Shown piece by piece: positions 1 through 9,606 of a stretch of 64,000 nt of DNA. The DNA is from Candidatus Bilamarchaeaceae archaeon (GTDB taxonomy: Archaea; Micrarchaeota; Micrarchaeia; Anstonellales; Bilamarchaeaceae), in the NCBI GenBank assembly GCA_038870635.1, contig JAVZJR010000003.1, positions 4,880 to 68,879 of the forward strand. Reading direction: 5' to 3'. Made by a program: the position numbers and the translations under genes. Each line of letters begins with the position of its first letter. Positions within the stretch are counted from its first letter, which is position 1. Under the pieces are notes generated by a model. It did no database searches. It worked only from the letters and a program-made list of their open reading frames with translations, and was not told the DNA's origin.

Positions 1-45
1 AGATCTATAAAAAACATATTTGTTGAATTTCCCCGTGCATTCCAC

Positions 46-270
46 ATGGCCCATCGCAATTACATTAGTGTTTCAAGAAGAGCATATTTTGACCTCTTTA
101 TGTTTTTCTTGTTTTTCACATTTGCGCTTTTTTTTCCGGTATTTTTCACTCTTATTTCCTTGCCCGTGTTTATGCAACTTGCTGCACTAATCCCGCTCTT
201 AATAAGTTTTGCGTTTGCGCTTGATTTAGGAAGTGTTCTTATTAATTATATCCGCCATAGAAAAGAATAA
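46..270 (+). CDS. hypothetical small membrane protein (74 aa)
   Basis: ORF with very hydrophobic Phe/Leu-rich segments; no recognisable family; no clear SD. Confidence 0.3.
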   Translation: MAHRNYISVSRRAYFDLFMFFLFFTFALFFPVFFTLISLPVFMQLAALIPLLISFAFALDLGSVLINYIRHRKE

Positions 271-294
271 ATTATTAGCACTCGTAAGTGATTC

Positions 295-1536
295 ATGATA
301 ACATTGGATTGTCTTGGCGCAGCTGGAGAAGTCGGCAGAAGCGCCTTTCTTCTAAAAACCGACAAACGCCTTCTTCTTGATTATGGTGTAAAGATTTTTG
401 ATATTTCTGGAAAACCACGTTTCCCAAGCGAGGACGTAGAAGTAGATGCGATGCTGCTCAGCCACGCACACCTTGACCATAGTGGCTTTGTGCCTGCGCT
501 CTATAAACGAAATCAAAAAATAAGGTGGTTTGCTACACCACCAACAGAAGAGATATGCGAACTCCTGTGGTATGACTCAATGAAAATAATGGGAGAAAAC
601 CTACCGTACTCTCAGCAACATTTCAAAAAAGCGCTTTCTAACTGGAGCCCGATGCTTTACGGGCAGCCTTTGCAATTTGGAGAAACAGAAGTTATGTTAA
701 ACGATGCTGGCCACATAGCAGGAGCAGGAATAATAAGCATAGAATACAACAATAAAAAAATAGTTTATACAGGTGATTTTAAGTTAGAAGACACAAGAAT
801 GCACAAAGGCGCAAAAACAATAAAAGGCGCGGATGTTTTAATAATAGAGAGTACTTATGCTGATAGAGAACATCCAAACAGAAAAGAAATAGAATTAGAA
901 ATAATAAAACAGATAGAAGAAACTGTCGAAGAAGGCGGAAGCGCTCTTTTTCCAGCATTCTCTCTTGGAAGAACGCAGGAACTTATCGCATTGATAAGAC
1001 ATTACAACAGAGAGGTACCAATATTCGTAGATGGTATGGGAAAAGATATAACTCAGATTTATCTTCGTTATGGAAATTACATAAAAGATATTGGTGCATT
1101 TAGAAAAGCAGTTAATAGCGTTGTAATGATAGAAAGAAGAGACCAAAAAGCAGAAGCTACACGAACGCCAGGAGTGATAATAGCAAGTGCAGGAATGCTC
1201 ATGGGCGGACCAATGGTCAATTATTTATTCAATGCAAATAACAAATCAAGAATAATATTCACTGGGTATAACGTAGAGGGAAGCAATGGTTGGTCATTGC
1301 TAAACAAAGGTACTATAATAGTTGACGGACAGGAATTAGCAGTTGATCTTCCAGCACAATATCTTGACCTTTCAGCTCATGCAGGCAGAAGCGATCTCTT
1401 AAAATTCATAAACGATGCATCGCCCGAGAAAATAATATTAGTCCATGGGGATAAACCTGACCTATTCGCAGCAGAGCTCCAAGCAGCAGGATATGATGCG
1501 GTAGCACCTAAGATTGGTGAAAAAATTTCAATCTAA
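295..1536 (+). CDS. beta-CASP metallo-beta-lactamase ribonuclease, aCPSF2-type (no KH domains)
   Basis: MBL motifs 'SHAHLDHSG', 'NDAGHIAG', 'YTGDF', 'ESTYA'; beta-CASP motifs 'SAHAGRSDL' and 'LVHGD'; 413 aa. Confidence 0.85.
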   Translation: MITLDCLGAAGEVGRSAFLLKTDKRLLLDYGVKIFDISGKPRFPSEDVEVDAMLLSHAHLDHSGFVPALYKRNQKIRWFATPPTEEICELLWYDSMKIMGENLPYSQQHFKKALSNWSPMLYGQPLQFGETEVMLNDAGHIAGAGIISIEYNNKKIVYTGDFKLEDTRMHKGAKTIKGADVLIIESTYADREHPNRKEIELEIIKQIEETVEEGGSALFPAFSLGRTQELIALIRHYNREVPIFVDGMGKDITQIYLRYGNYIKDIGAFRKAVNSVVMIERRDQKAEATRTPGVIIASAGMLMGGPMVNYLFNANNKSRIIFTGYNVEGSNGWSLLNKGTIIVDGQELAVDLPAQYLDLSAHAGRSDLLKFINDASPEKIILVHGDKPDLFAAELQAAGYDAVAPKIGEKISI

Positions 1537-2772
1537 CTCAACACAAGCTTCTGAAAGCGGCAGATGGCTAAGGTTGTCTTTATTGCGTAAAAGCACTTCT
1601 TCAACAGCCTTAACTATTCCTTTCTTTTCAAAATTAACAATAGCTATCAATCGACCATTTTTCTCTTTAAAAACGCAGCCGCTATGCGCTTTTCTAAACC
1701 GCATCGCGTGTTCTTTAAAAGAAAGGGGCGGTCCAACTATTTCTTTTTTTCCTCCACTTTCTTTTTTTCTCGCCAAGATGGCCATTATAATCTCACAATT
1801 AGCATGAGCAATTATGGAAGAGATACCATAATCAATTAATTCGCGCTTTAATATACTGATTAATCTTTTTACTTGTCCCCATAAAACATCATCAACAACT
1901 TCTGGTTTTTTGAATCTTACAAAAACCACAAACTTTTTTCTCCTTAAAGATCTTAACCTTTCATCAAAAGTTTTTTCACCGGCAAAATACTTCTCAGATG
2001 GTTTTTTTAAGAAAGCACGGGCAAGTCGTATAAATTTCTTAAAGTTCTCTTCGCTAACAGGTGCGGCTACATTTCTGTTTTTGTCAGTCGGGTCAATAAC
2101 GATAAAACTTTTATTGAATTTTTCTACAAGTTTGCGGTAGTCACTTTTTTTGTAATATTTTTTTAAATCAATGATAACAGGAATCTGCCATTTTGAAGCA
2201 TTTCTAAGAGTTTTTAAAAAACTTCCATAACGTATAACCAAAAGTTCGCAGAGATAACCGGAAAATCCTTCTACACGTATCTCTGCTCCGTACAATCCTG
2301 CTGTTTTAAGAAACTTTTTTAACAAGCGCACTTCGTCTTTTTGCTTTTCTTTAAGGTTTTTTAAAATGAATTTAGTGTGAAGAACAGAACGATCAACCGC
2401 AGTGAGAAGACTATCACCAACTGCAATCTTATATGCAGGCACAACATCTACTTTTTTCCCAAGATAATGAAACTTTATATAAGGATGTTCAGCATAATTC
2501 ATCTGATAGGAAAGAGAAGGAAATGCCTTTTTGAAAATTTTCTCTAATCTTTCTTTCATTTCTTCTTTGCTGATTTTTTTCTTGAATAATATAAAAATAT
2601 CTATATCTCCTTCTCCTGCCAAAGCTGTGTCTTTTGCAACCGAACCTGCGAGTACAATTTCCTGTCTTGATGCCTTTCTTAATCTCATTGCAATCTCATT
2701 TGAGATTTTCTTTATTGAATATTCTTCTTTTTTTGATGGACGAATTTTAGCGAGAATGTGTCCTAAATTCAT
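1528..2772 (-). CDS. cca: archaeal class-I CCA-adding enzyme (tRNA nucleotidyltransferase)
   Basis: N-terminal signature 'LAGSVAKDTALAGEGDIDIFILF'; 414 aa, typical length; converges on and overlaps the upstream gene by 9 nt. Confidence 0.85.
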   Translation of the reverse strand: MNLGHILAKIRPSKKEEYSIKKISNEIAMRLRKASRQEIVLAGSVAKDTALAGEGDIDIFILFKKKISKEEMKERLEKIFKKAFPSLSYQMNYAEHPYIKFHYLGKKVDVVPAYKIAVGDSLLTAVDRSVLHTKFILKNLKEKQKDEVRLLKKFLKTAGLYGAEIRVEGFSGYLCELLVIRYGSFLKTLRNASKWQIPVIIDLKKYYKKSDYRKLVEKFNKSFIVIDPTDKNRNVAAPVSEENFKKFIRLARAFLKKPSEKYFAGEKTFDERLRSLRRKKFVVFVRFKKPEVVDDVLWGQVKRLISILKRELIDYGISSIIAHANCEIIMAILARKKESGGKKEIVGPPLSFKEHAMRFRKAHSGCVFKEKNGRLIAIVNFEKKGIVKAVEEVLLRNKDNLSHLPLSEACVELD

Positions 2773-2823
2773 AGATAACCTTCAACGTCTTTAAATTAAA
2801 ACGTTTCGCACATAAGGGAATGT

Positions 2824-3849
2824 ATGAAGATAATTCATTATGATGAAAAAGAAGGAGAGATGAAGATTGCGGTAGATAGCCTAGAAGATATGTGGCATCT
2901 CTCCAAAATAATCAGAGAAGGAGATGAAGTGGAAGGCTCTACTTTTCGTACTTACAAGGTTGGAAAAACAGAAGAAAAAAAGCACGTCAAGATTAGGATA
3001 AAAACAGAAAGAGTGGAATTTGCTGAGGCAGCGAATAGGTTGCGTGTGCTTGGAAAAATAACATGGGGAGAACCAGAAGAATTTGTCCAATTGGGAAAAC
3101 ATCACACCATAGATATTGCAGCTGGTGATAAAATAAAGATAAAAAGAAAATGGATGGCGCATGAGTTAAAACGCTTGAGAGAAGCAGAGAAAGAAACAAA
3201 AAAACCAAAGCTAAACGTAATATTGCTTGACGAAGAGCATGCATTATTAGCATCTATAAAACCATACGGCGTGGATTTCGGAGCGGAATTTCACAACGCG
3301 GCGAGAAAAAAAAGTGATGATTTTGACAAAAAGCAAGAGGAATATTTTAAGAAACTCACAGAAGAAATAGAAAGGTTTGAAGGTAAAACTGTTGTTGCTG
3401 GACCGGGTTTTGCAAAAGACAACTTAAAAAAATATATAACAGAAAAAAAGCCAGAACTTTTAAAAAAAATAATTTTTGAAAGTTGCAGTTATGCAGAGCC
3501 AAGCGGAATAAAAGAACTGATAAACAGAGGAGTAATCGAAAAAGCAGTAGGACTCGCAAGGTTTGAAAAAGAGGAAAGAGAAGTAGAAGATTTTTTTATG
3601 CATATATATAAGGAAACAGGAAAGGTAGTGTATGGTATAGAAGAAGTAAAAAAAGCAGTGGCTGAGGGTGCAGCAGAAAAGATTTTAGTTATAGATAGCC
3701 TTTTCAGAACTTCTGAAGAAATACAAAAAATAATAGAAGATGCTGAAAAAACAGGCACTGATGTAATAGTTGTCGCGGCCGAAGGAGACCCTGGATTAAA
3801 GTTAAAGAATTTCGGTGGATTTGGCGCCATTCTCCGTTGGAGAATATGA
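2824..3849 (+). CDS. pelA: Pelota/Dom34 ribosome-rescue factor
   Basis: N-terminus 'MKIIHYDEKEGEMKIAVDSLEDMWHLSKIIREGDEV' matches the Pelota Sm-like domain; eRF1-like central and C-terminal domains ('GPGFAKD'); 341 aa. Confidence 0.85.
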   Translation: MKIIHYDEKEGEMKIAVDSLEDMWHLSKIIREGDEVEGSTFRTYKVGKTEEKKHVKIRIKTERVEFAEAANRLRVLGKITWGEPEEFVQLGKHHTIDIAAGDKIKIKRKWMAHELKRLREAEKETKKPKLNVILLDEEHALLASIKPYGVDFGAEFHNAARKKSDDFDKKQEEYFKKLTEEIERFEGKTVVAGPGFAKDNLKKYITEKKPELLKKIIFESCSYAEPSGIKELINRGVIEKAVGLARFEKEEREVEDFFMHIYKETGKVVYGIEEVKKAVAEGAAEKILVIDSLFRTSEEIQKIIEDAEKTGTDVIVVAAEGDPGLKLKNFGGFGAILRWRI

Positions 3850-4053
3850 TTAATTTGTCTTTAAGCCAAGGAGTTTATAGAGCGCACAAAAGCCAGTTAT
3901 GCCAGTAAAAAGTAAGATTGCGCCAACAATGTAAAGTATGATGTCTAATGGCGACACAACATACCTGAGATAAGCAGCCACGATTAAAATTACGCCGGCG
4001 ATAATTCTTGCTGCACGGTCTATATCCCCTTCATTTTTCTCAAAGCCAAACAT
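3850..4053 (-). CDS. DUF2892 (YgaP-like) small membrane protein
   Basis: 67 aa, two TM helices, pattern 'DRAARIIAGVILIVAAY...GFCALYKLLG'. Confidence 0.6.
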   Translation of the reverse strand: MFGFEKNEGDIDRAARIIAGVILIVAAYLRYVVSPLDIILYIVGAILLFTGITGFCALYKLLGLKTN

Positions 4054-4142
4054 AGAATCACAAAAATAATAGAAAATAAAGATTAATAAACAGCCTATTT
4101 TATAATATTAAACATTTATATACTGTTTAAAACACAATAAAT

Positions 4143-4955
4143 ATGGTCATTATGTTGTTTTTTAATAGTAGAGAAACGCAAAAAGAACAAGTTCAAAAAA
4201 ATAAGTTTAAGTTATTCTCAAAACTAAAAGTTTTAATTGAGAGAAACAAAGATAATGAGAAAAACAAAAGTGAGCAATCACAAAATAAAGAAACAACACA
4301 AACAACAAAAAAAACAGAGAGAGTATCTATAGCAAAAGAAGAAAAGAAAAAAAGCTCAACATACATAAACTTAGTTGATATCGCACTTGACGGCTATGAT
4401 GATATATTTTCTGACTTTGACCCATCCCCCTACTCCAAAAGAGAGTTATCAAAAGACTTTGTAAAAGAAGTAGAAAGAAGGTACAGCCTCACACGTGGTG
4501 GCCAAATAGAGGTTGTTTTCTCACTTCCAAAAAAATTAAGAAACACAAAAGACGAAGCAACAATAAAGGAAAGAATAAGAGAGTATTTTCAGTGGAAGAT
4601 GAATGAGGTTGAAGAGGAAGCTATTAAGAAACAGAAATTAGGTGGATTGCTGATAGGTGTTGGAGTTGTATTTATTACAATATCAAATATCATAGGCTTA
4701 TACAGCGAGAATAGCTTTTTCCTAAAAATACTGCACGAAATAACCCTTGTGCCTGGTTGGGTTGGCGAATTTGTAGGAATAGAAAAGTTATTACTTGAGA
4801 GTAATGAGATAAGACAAAAAAAAGCGTTTTATGAAAAGTTTAGAGATGCAATTTACATATTCGTATCTGAGGAAGACGTAGTAAAGAAAATGGCGGATGC
4901 GATAACACCGCAAAAGGAAAGTGAAAACAAAGAACAAAAAAAGATGGAGTTATAA
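4143..4955 (+). CDS. hypothetical protein, Lys-rich N-terminus plus TM segments
   Basis: 270-aa ORF; low-complexity K/E/T-rich N-terminus; hydrophobic stretch 'GGLLIGVGVVFITISNIIGL'; no family recognised. Confidence 0.5.
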   Translation: MVIMLFFNSRETQKEQVQKNKFKLFSKLKVLIERNKDNEKNKSEQSQNKETTQTTKKTERVSIAKEEKKKSSTYINLVDIALDGYDDIFSDFDPSPYSKRELSKDFVKEVERRYSLTRGGQIEVVFSLPKKLRNTKDEATIKERIREYFQWKMNEVEEEAIKKQKLGGLLIGVGVVFITISNIIGLYSENSFFLKILHEITLVPGWVGEFVGIEKLLLESNEIRQKKAFYEKFRDAIYIFVSEEDVVKKMADAITPQKESENKEQKKMEL

Positions 4956-4977
4956 ATCCAAAAGAGGAAAACAAAAC

Positions 4978-5283
4978 ATGATAAAGAAAAAACACGTCTT
5001 AGAAAAACTAAAAGAAGTTTTAGACCCTGAACTAGGCATAAACATTGTTGATATGGGGTTCATATACAAGATAGAAGAGAAAAAGAAAAAAAATAATAAG
5101 CAGCAATTTTACATAGAGATGACTTACACAACACCGATGTGTCCTTTGATGGGTTTCATAGAAGATGAAATAAAGAAAAAACTAGAAGAACTCGATGCTG
5201 ATTTTGACATAAAGGTTGTTTTTGACCCGCCTTGGACGCCTGCGAAGATGAGTAAAAGCGCCAGAAAAAAACTCGGCATATAG
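4978..5283 (+). CDS. DUF59/MIP18-family Fe-S cluster assembly protein (SufT-like)
   Basis: 'LKEVLDPELGINIVDMGFIY...MTYTTPMCP' pattern. The ORF track starts at GTG 4921 inside the upstream gene; ATG 4978 is the more plausible start. Confidence 0.7.
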   Translation: MIKKKHVLEKLKEVLDPELGINIVDMGFIYKIEEKKKKNNKQQFYIEMTYTTPMCPLMGFIEDEIKKKLEELDADFDIKVVFDPPWTPAKMSKSARKKLGI

Positions 5284-5294
5284 TCAGTGAGAGG

Positions 5295-6584
5295 ATGAGA
5301 GTAACATTTTACGGTGGTGCAGAAGAAGTTGGAAGAAGTTGCATTGTGCTTGAGCACAATCGCTCTAGAATAATGTTAGATTGCGGAATAAAGCTAGGGG
5401 AAAAAGTGGAAACACCACTCATCAGCGATGACGAGTTGAAAAGGATAGATAATATAATAATAACACATGCTCATCTTGATCACAGCGGCTATTTACCCCA
5501 CGTCTGCTCAAAAGGAACGAATGCAAAAATCTACTTGACAAAACCAACCCACGACTTAATGGGCGTCTTGCTCGCTGATTATTACAGAATACAAAAATCA
5601 AAAAACGAATTATCTTTTTCAATGAATGATGTCAATAAAGTAATGCAAAAAAGCACTATGATAGAGTACAACGAAAAGGTCGAAGGCGAACTAAAATTTG
5701 AACTTCGAAACGCTGGCCACATATTAGGGAGTGCAATGGTCTATTTTCCAGAAAACAAAATACTCTACACTGGGGATATCTGCATGCGAAAGACAAGAAT
5801 ACTTGACAGATGCGATGTTGGGCTAAAAGCAGAAACATTGATAGTCGAGTCAACATATGGAAATAAAAAAGATATCTTGCCACCCTTAAAAGAATCTGGC
5901 CAAAAACTCGCAAAGATAATAAACGAAACCATTGACAGAGGAGGGCATGTCTTGATACCGAGCTTTGCAGTTGGCAGAGCGCAGGAAATCCTTTTACTTC
6001 TTGACGATTATATGCGCTCAGGCGCCATTAGTGAAGCGAAAATATACGTAGATGGAATGATAGGAAAGGCGATGAAAATATACAGGCATAATGCAATATA
6101 TGCAAACGATGATATAAAGAGAAGAATCCTAATGAGTGAGGACGATCCATTCAAAAGCAAGAGGTTCCACAAGCCAAGAAAAAAAGATAGAAGCGATGTT
6201 TTGACAGAACCATCAATAATCATATCAACATCTGGCATGCTCACCGGAGGACCAGTTTTATACTATCTTGAAAAGCTTCACGAAAATCCCGCAAACTCTT
6301 TGGTGTTTGTAGGTTATCAGGCGCCAGGTACTTTAGGTAGTAAAATACTTGAAGGCGAAAGAGTAATCAAGATAGGTGATAAAGAGATAGAATTAAATAT
6401 GAAAATTGAGCGAGTGAAGATATCTGGTCATGCTGATTACAATGAACTTCTCCAGTTTATAAGAAGCACACCAGACTTGAAAAGAGTATTCATAATTCAT
6501 GGTGAAAAAAGCGAGTTAAAAGATGCTTTGGAGAAGAAATACGAAGTTATAACGCCGCGGCTTCTTGAAACCTATGGTTTTTAA
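5295..6584 (+). CDS. beta-CASP metallo-beta-lactamase ribonuclease, second aCPSF2-type paralogue
   Basis: 'THAHLDHSG', 'NAGHILGS', 'YTGD', 'ESTYG', 'SGHADYNEL', 'IHGE'; 429 aa; SD 'GTGAGAGG' upstream. Confidence 0.85.
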   Translation: MRVTFYGGAEEVGRSCIVLEHNRSRIMLDCGIKLGEKVETPLISDDELKRIDNIIITHAHLDHSGYLPHVCSKGTNAKIYLTKPTHDLMGVLLADYYRIQKSKNELSFSMNDVNKVMQKSTMIEYNEKVEGELKFELRNAGHILGSAMVYFPENKILYTGDICMRKTRILDRCDVGLKAETLIVESTYGNKKDILPPLKESGQKLAKIINETIDRGGHVLIPSFAVGRAQEILLLLDDYMRSGAISEAKIYVDGMIGKAMKIYRHNAIYANDDIKRRILMSEDDPFKSKRFHKPRKKDRSDVLTEPSIIISTSGMLTGGPVLYYLEKLHENPANSLVFVGYQAPGTLGSKILEGERVIKIGDKEIELNMKIERVKISGHADYNELLQFIRSTPDLKRVFIIHGEKSELKDALEKKYEVITPRLLETYGF

Positions 6585-6610
6585 CATATATTTTTAAATC
6601 CAAAAAAAGA

Positions 6611-7861
6611 ATGGTTTTTATGACATCTAAACTAACTCCAAAAGGAATGAGAGATTTTCTTCCAGAAGAAGCAGCAGTGAGAGAAGAGGTAAGAAATAAG
6701 ATAGCAACGATTTACAAAAAATATGGTTTTTTACCTATGGAAACTCCTGCACTAGAATATCTTGAAACACTAAGAGCAAAAGCAGGCGATGAAATAGACA
6801 AACAGATATTTGTACTTAGCGACGAGAGACTTGCACTACGTTTCGACATGACTGTTCCGCTCGCAAGAGTGGCCTCAACAATTGAGGCACCAAGACCTTT
6901 TAAAAGATATGCGATAGGACCTGTTTGGAGAAAGGAAGAGCCACAAAAAGGAAGGTTTAGAGAATTTTGGCAAGCAGATGCTGACATAATTGGCTCTTCT
7001 TCTATGCGCGCAGAAGCAGAGTTGCTCACGATGGCAAAAGAGATATGCACGGAATTTGGATTTAGCAAACCAAAGATACTTCTAAATAATAGAAAAATAC
7101 TAAACGCAATGGCAAAAGAGTTAGATTTTGAAGATAATAAAAACGAGGTGTTTCGAACACTTGATAAAATAGACAAGATAGGAAGAGAAGAAGTTGAAAA
7201 AGAAATAGTAAAGTTAATAGGCCAAAGAGGGACAGAGTTAATACGTGAGATAAGTAGCGGAAAAAATAATGAGGAAAAATTGGCGATAGCAGAAAAATTC
7301 TCGAAGGAAGGTGCGGATGAACTCCGTGAGATACTCAGATTTTGCAACTTTGAAATAGATGTTGACCTCTTATTGGTTAGAGGGCTTGGTTATTACACTG
7401 GACCTGTTTTTGAAATAAAACTAAGTGATGAAATAGGAACAGTAATAGCAGGCGGGAGATATGATGGTTTATTATCACTTTATGGTAGAGGTGAGGCCGC
7501 CACAGGGATATCAGTTGGAGTAGAACGTCTGATAACGTTGACGATAGAAAGAAAAAAAACTAAGAGCACATTGCAGGTTTTTGTTGCAAATGTAAAAGAT
7601 GAACAGTACCTTTATGCATTAGAAGTGGCATCTAAATTGAGGAATGCAGGAATAAACTGCGAAACTGACTTAAATTGCAGAAACTTAAGAAAACAATTAG
7701 ATTATGTAAATGCTAAAAAGATAAAATATGCAGTTATAGTTGGAGAAAAAGAAGCGAGTAGAGGTAATTATAAACTCAAAGACATGGAAAGTGGTAAAGA
7801 AGAGGAGGCTAATATAGAAAAGCTTATCAACTTATTAAAAGAGGCAGATAAAAAATGCTGA
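6611..7861 (+). CDS. hisS: histidyl-tRNA synthetase
   Basis: Class-II aaRS layout; HisRS motifs 'RFREFWQADADIIG' and 'AGGRYDGL'; C-terminal anticodon-binding domain. Start could instead be ATG 6620. Confidence 0.9.
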   Translation: MVFMTSKLTPKGMRDFLPEEAAVREEVRNKIATIYKKYGFLPMETPALEYLETLRAKAGDEIDKQIFVLSDERLALRFDMTVPLARVASTIEAPRPFKRYAIGPVWRKEEPQKGRFREFWQADADIIGSSSMRAEAELLTMAKEICTEFGFSKPKILLNNRKILNAMAKELDFEDNKNEVFRTLDKIDKIGREEVEKEIVKLIGQRGTELIREISSGKNNEEKLAIAEKFSKEGADELREILRFCNFEIDVDLLLVRGLGYYTGPVFEIKLSDEIGTVIAGGRYDGLLSLYGRGEAATGISVGVERLITLTIERKKTKSTLQVFVANVKDEQYLYALEVASKLRNAGINCETDLNCRNLRKQLDYVNAKKIKYAVIVGEKEASRGNYKLKDMESGKEEEANIEKLINLLKEADKKC

Positions 7862-8352
7862 TGGTCCCAGTGATATATATAAAAGATAAGCAAGCATTCT
7901 CTAAATCTGGCGGAACATTAAAATTGCTTGGACCGGCGGTGGAAACAATAAAAAAACTCTCTCAAAAATATGAGCTCTTTCACATAATAGACTTGGATCT
8001 TAAAAAAGGAAACTTAACGAATTTTGATGTTTATGATAAATTGACATATAGTACGCATATAGAAGTTGAATGTGAAAAAGAAGAAATTGTGGAAAGATTG
8101 TTGGGTATAAATGCTCGCGCGGTAATCGAACTACCATCTCAAATGAATTTAGACAAGTTTAACAAAAAATTGCTCGTTGGAGTAGTTAGAGATAAAGATA
8201 CAGACGTATCTAAAGTAAATGATGTAATAATAGAAAATGCGGAAAAAGATGCAATCAGTTATTATCAAAACAAAGGCAAAAGAATAATGTTAAGAGAAGA
8301 CAAATGGGATAAAAAAACAAAAGTATGGGCGGTTATTTTGACAGCACCGTGA
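7855..8352 (+). CDS. truncated, degenerate HisA/HisF-like (beta/alpha)-barrel protein
   Basis: 165 aa. 'MLMVPVIYIKDKQAF' and 'ELFHIIDLDLKKGNLTNFDVYDKL' parallel the HisA N-terminal half, but the catalytic Asp and 'GGGIR' are replaced. ATG overlaps the hisS stop (ATGCTGA). Confidence 0.45.
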   Translation: MLMVPVIYIKDKQAFSKSGGTLKLLGPAVETIKKLSQKYELFHIIDLDLKKGNLTNFDVYDKLTYSTHIEVECEKEEIVERLLGINARAVIELPSQMNLDKFNKKLLVGVVRDKDTDVSKVNDVIIENAEKDAISYYQNKGKRIMLREDKWDKKTKVWAVILTAP

Positions 8353-9034
8353 TGCCTTTGGGAGTAATTGTTAATGGGTATATCTTCATTGAATGTTGTA
8401 CTCCTTTCATCTTAAGCACTTCTATAAATCTTGCCCTCTCGTTTTTCTTTTGATCATATTTAAAACCAAGGTTGACCCAACCATCAGTAAAACTTTCTAT
8501 ACCATAAGTAGTGTATGGAAGAGACTCAGCAGGTGAAGCTGTTGTGTCCTCAGAAATAATAAAGGTGGTCGCCCCCCACGCCCTAATGTTTTCGATGAGT
8601 TTAAGAAAACCACGCTTTCTCTCTTCTTCGCTCTTGAAATGTAAGGCAATGGGCATTATTGAATCTACAACAACACGTTTTACATTTGCTGTATGCACTA
8701 TTTCTTTTATTGCATTTGATTGCTGTAAAAACTGCTCAACTTCGTAAATAGGGTAATCTAAAAATATGAGTTTTTGTTTTCTTTCAAGCGAACTTAAATC
8801 CCATTCATAGCCGCTCATGTTAAAAAGCACTGCCTCTTTGCTTTCCTCTATTGAAATATACAAACCAGTTTCATCAAACTGCTTAGCACCTTCGTAAATA
8901 AATTGCATGCCCAAAGTTGACTTACCAGAGCCCGTGGGACCACCTATAGTAACTATAGAACCATAGAGCAAACCGTCACCTAACACTTTATCCAAGCCAG
9001 GGATACCGGTTTTAACAAAAACTCTTCCAGCCAT
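8333..9034 (-). CDS. single-domain KaiC/RadA-like (RecA-superfamily) ATPase
   Basis: 'GIPGLDKVLGDGLLYGSIVTIGGPTGSGKST' (Walker A) and Walker B 'RVVVDS'; 233 aa. Confidence 0.8.
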   Translation of the reverse strand: MAGRVFVKTGIPGLDKVLGDGLLYGSIVTIGGPTGSGKSTLGMQFIYEGAKQFDETGLYISIEESKEAVLFNMSGYEWDLSSLERKQKLIFLDYPIYEVEQFLQQSNAIKEIVHTANVKRVVVDSIMPIALHFKSEEERKRGFLKLIENIRAWGATTFIISEDTTASPAESLPYTTYGIESFTDGWVNLGFKYDQKKNERARFIEVLKMKGVQHSMKIYPLTITPKGITVLSK

Positions 9035-9042
9035 ATAAACAC

Positions 9043-9552
9043 CTATTTTTTATCTTTTTTTTCGAGAATTTTTTTTCCCATTTCTGCCCGGAGTGCAAGT
9101 TGTCTTTGAAACTCCGCCAACTCTTCCGGGCTTGCTAAACGAGTTATAAACATTTTTTTATAATCCGCAGTCGTGGCAGAAAGCTGCCCTAACAGCTCAT
9201 TGGCCTGATTAAGAGGCATTCTTATCTCTTCTGGTCGATGTATCTCTATTGTAAAGGGTGAATGCGTAAGGCAAATATTTGCCAAAGCAAAAAAAGTGCG
9301 AGTGAGAACCTTAACTTCTATATATGAAGAAAAATTTTTCCCTTCTTCAGAAAGTATTGGCTCCTCTATCTCGCCAACAGCATAAACAACTCCAGGCATT
9401 TGGATAAGGTGCTGAAGAAAGCCTGCACCTAATTTCTGTGCATCCTCTTTTGTTGCAGCATGGATATCAAAATAAAGCGTTGCTAAAACACCACCCTCAT
9501 TTATTGTTTTTTCCGTCAACTTCTTAACATCTGCTTTTACGTCCATTGCCAT
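9043..9552 (-). CDS. hypothetical protein, apparently co-transcribed with the KaiC-like ATPase
   Basis: 169-aa ORF ending 8 nt upstream of the ATPase start; no family recognised. Confidence 0.6.
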   Translation of the reverse strand: MAMDVKADVKKLTEKTINEGGVLATLYFDIHAATKEDAQKLGAGFLQHLIQMPGVVYAVGEIEEPILSEEGKNFSSYIEVKVLTRTFFALANICLTHSPFTIEIHRPEEIRMPLNQANELLGQLSATTADYKKMFITRLASPEELAEFQRQLALRAEMGKKILEKKDKK

Positions 9553-9606
9553 ATTCGTTATATCTAAATAGTTGGATTTAAAATTCCTTTTATTTAACTT
9601 TAAAAC

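Noticed and set aside
4921-4977. A GTG-initiated N-terminal extension of the DUF59 gene overlapping the upstream CDS.
   Set aside because: The extension is a Lys/Arg-rich read-through of the upstream gene's 3' end. The domain begins right after ATG 4978.
6712-7347. Long antisense ORFs opposite hisS. The same occurs at 25950-26462, 33338-33841, 34856-35479, 12794-13201 and 42026-42400.
   Set aside because: They lie fully inside well-supported genes on the other strand. Their translations are low-complexity Ser/Phe/Leu-rich, as expected from reading the complement of purine-rich (GAA/AAA) coding strands. They are shadow ORFs.
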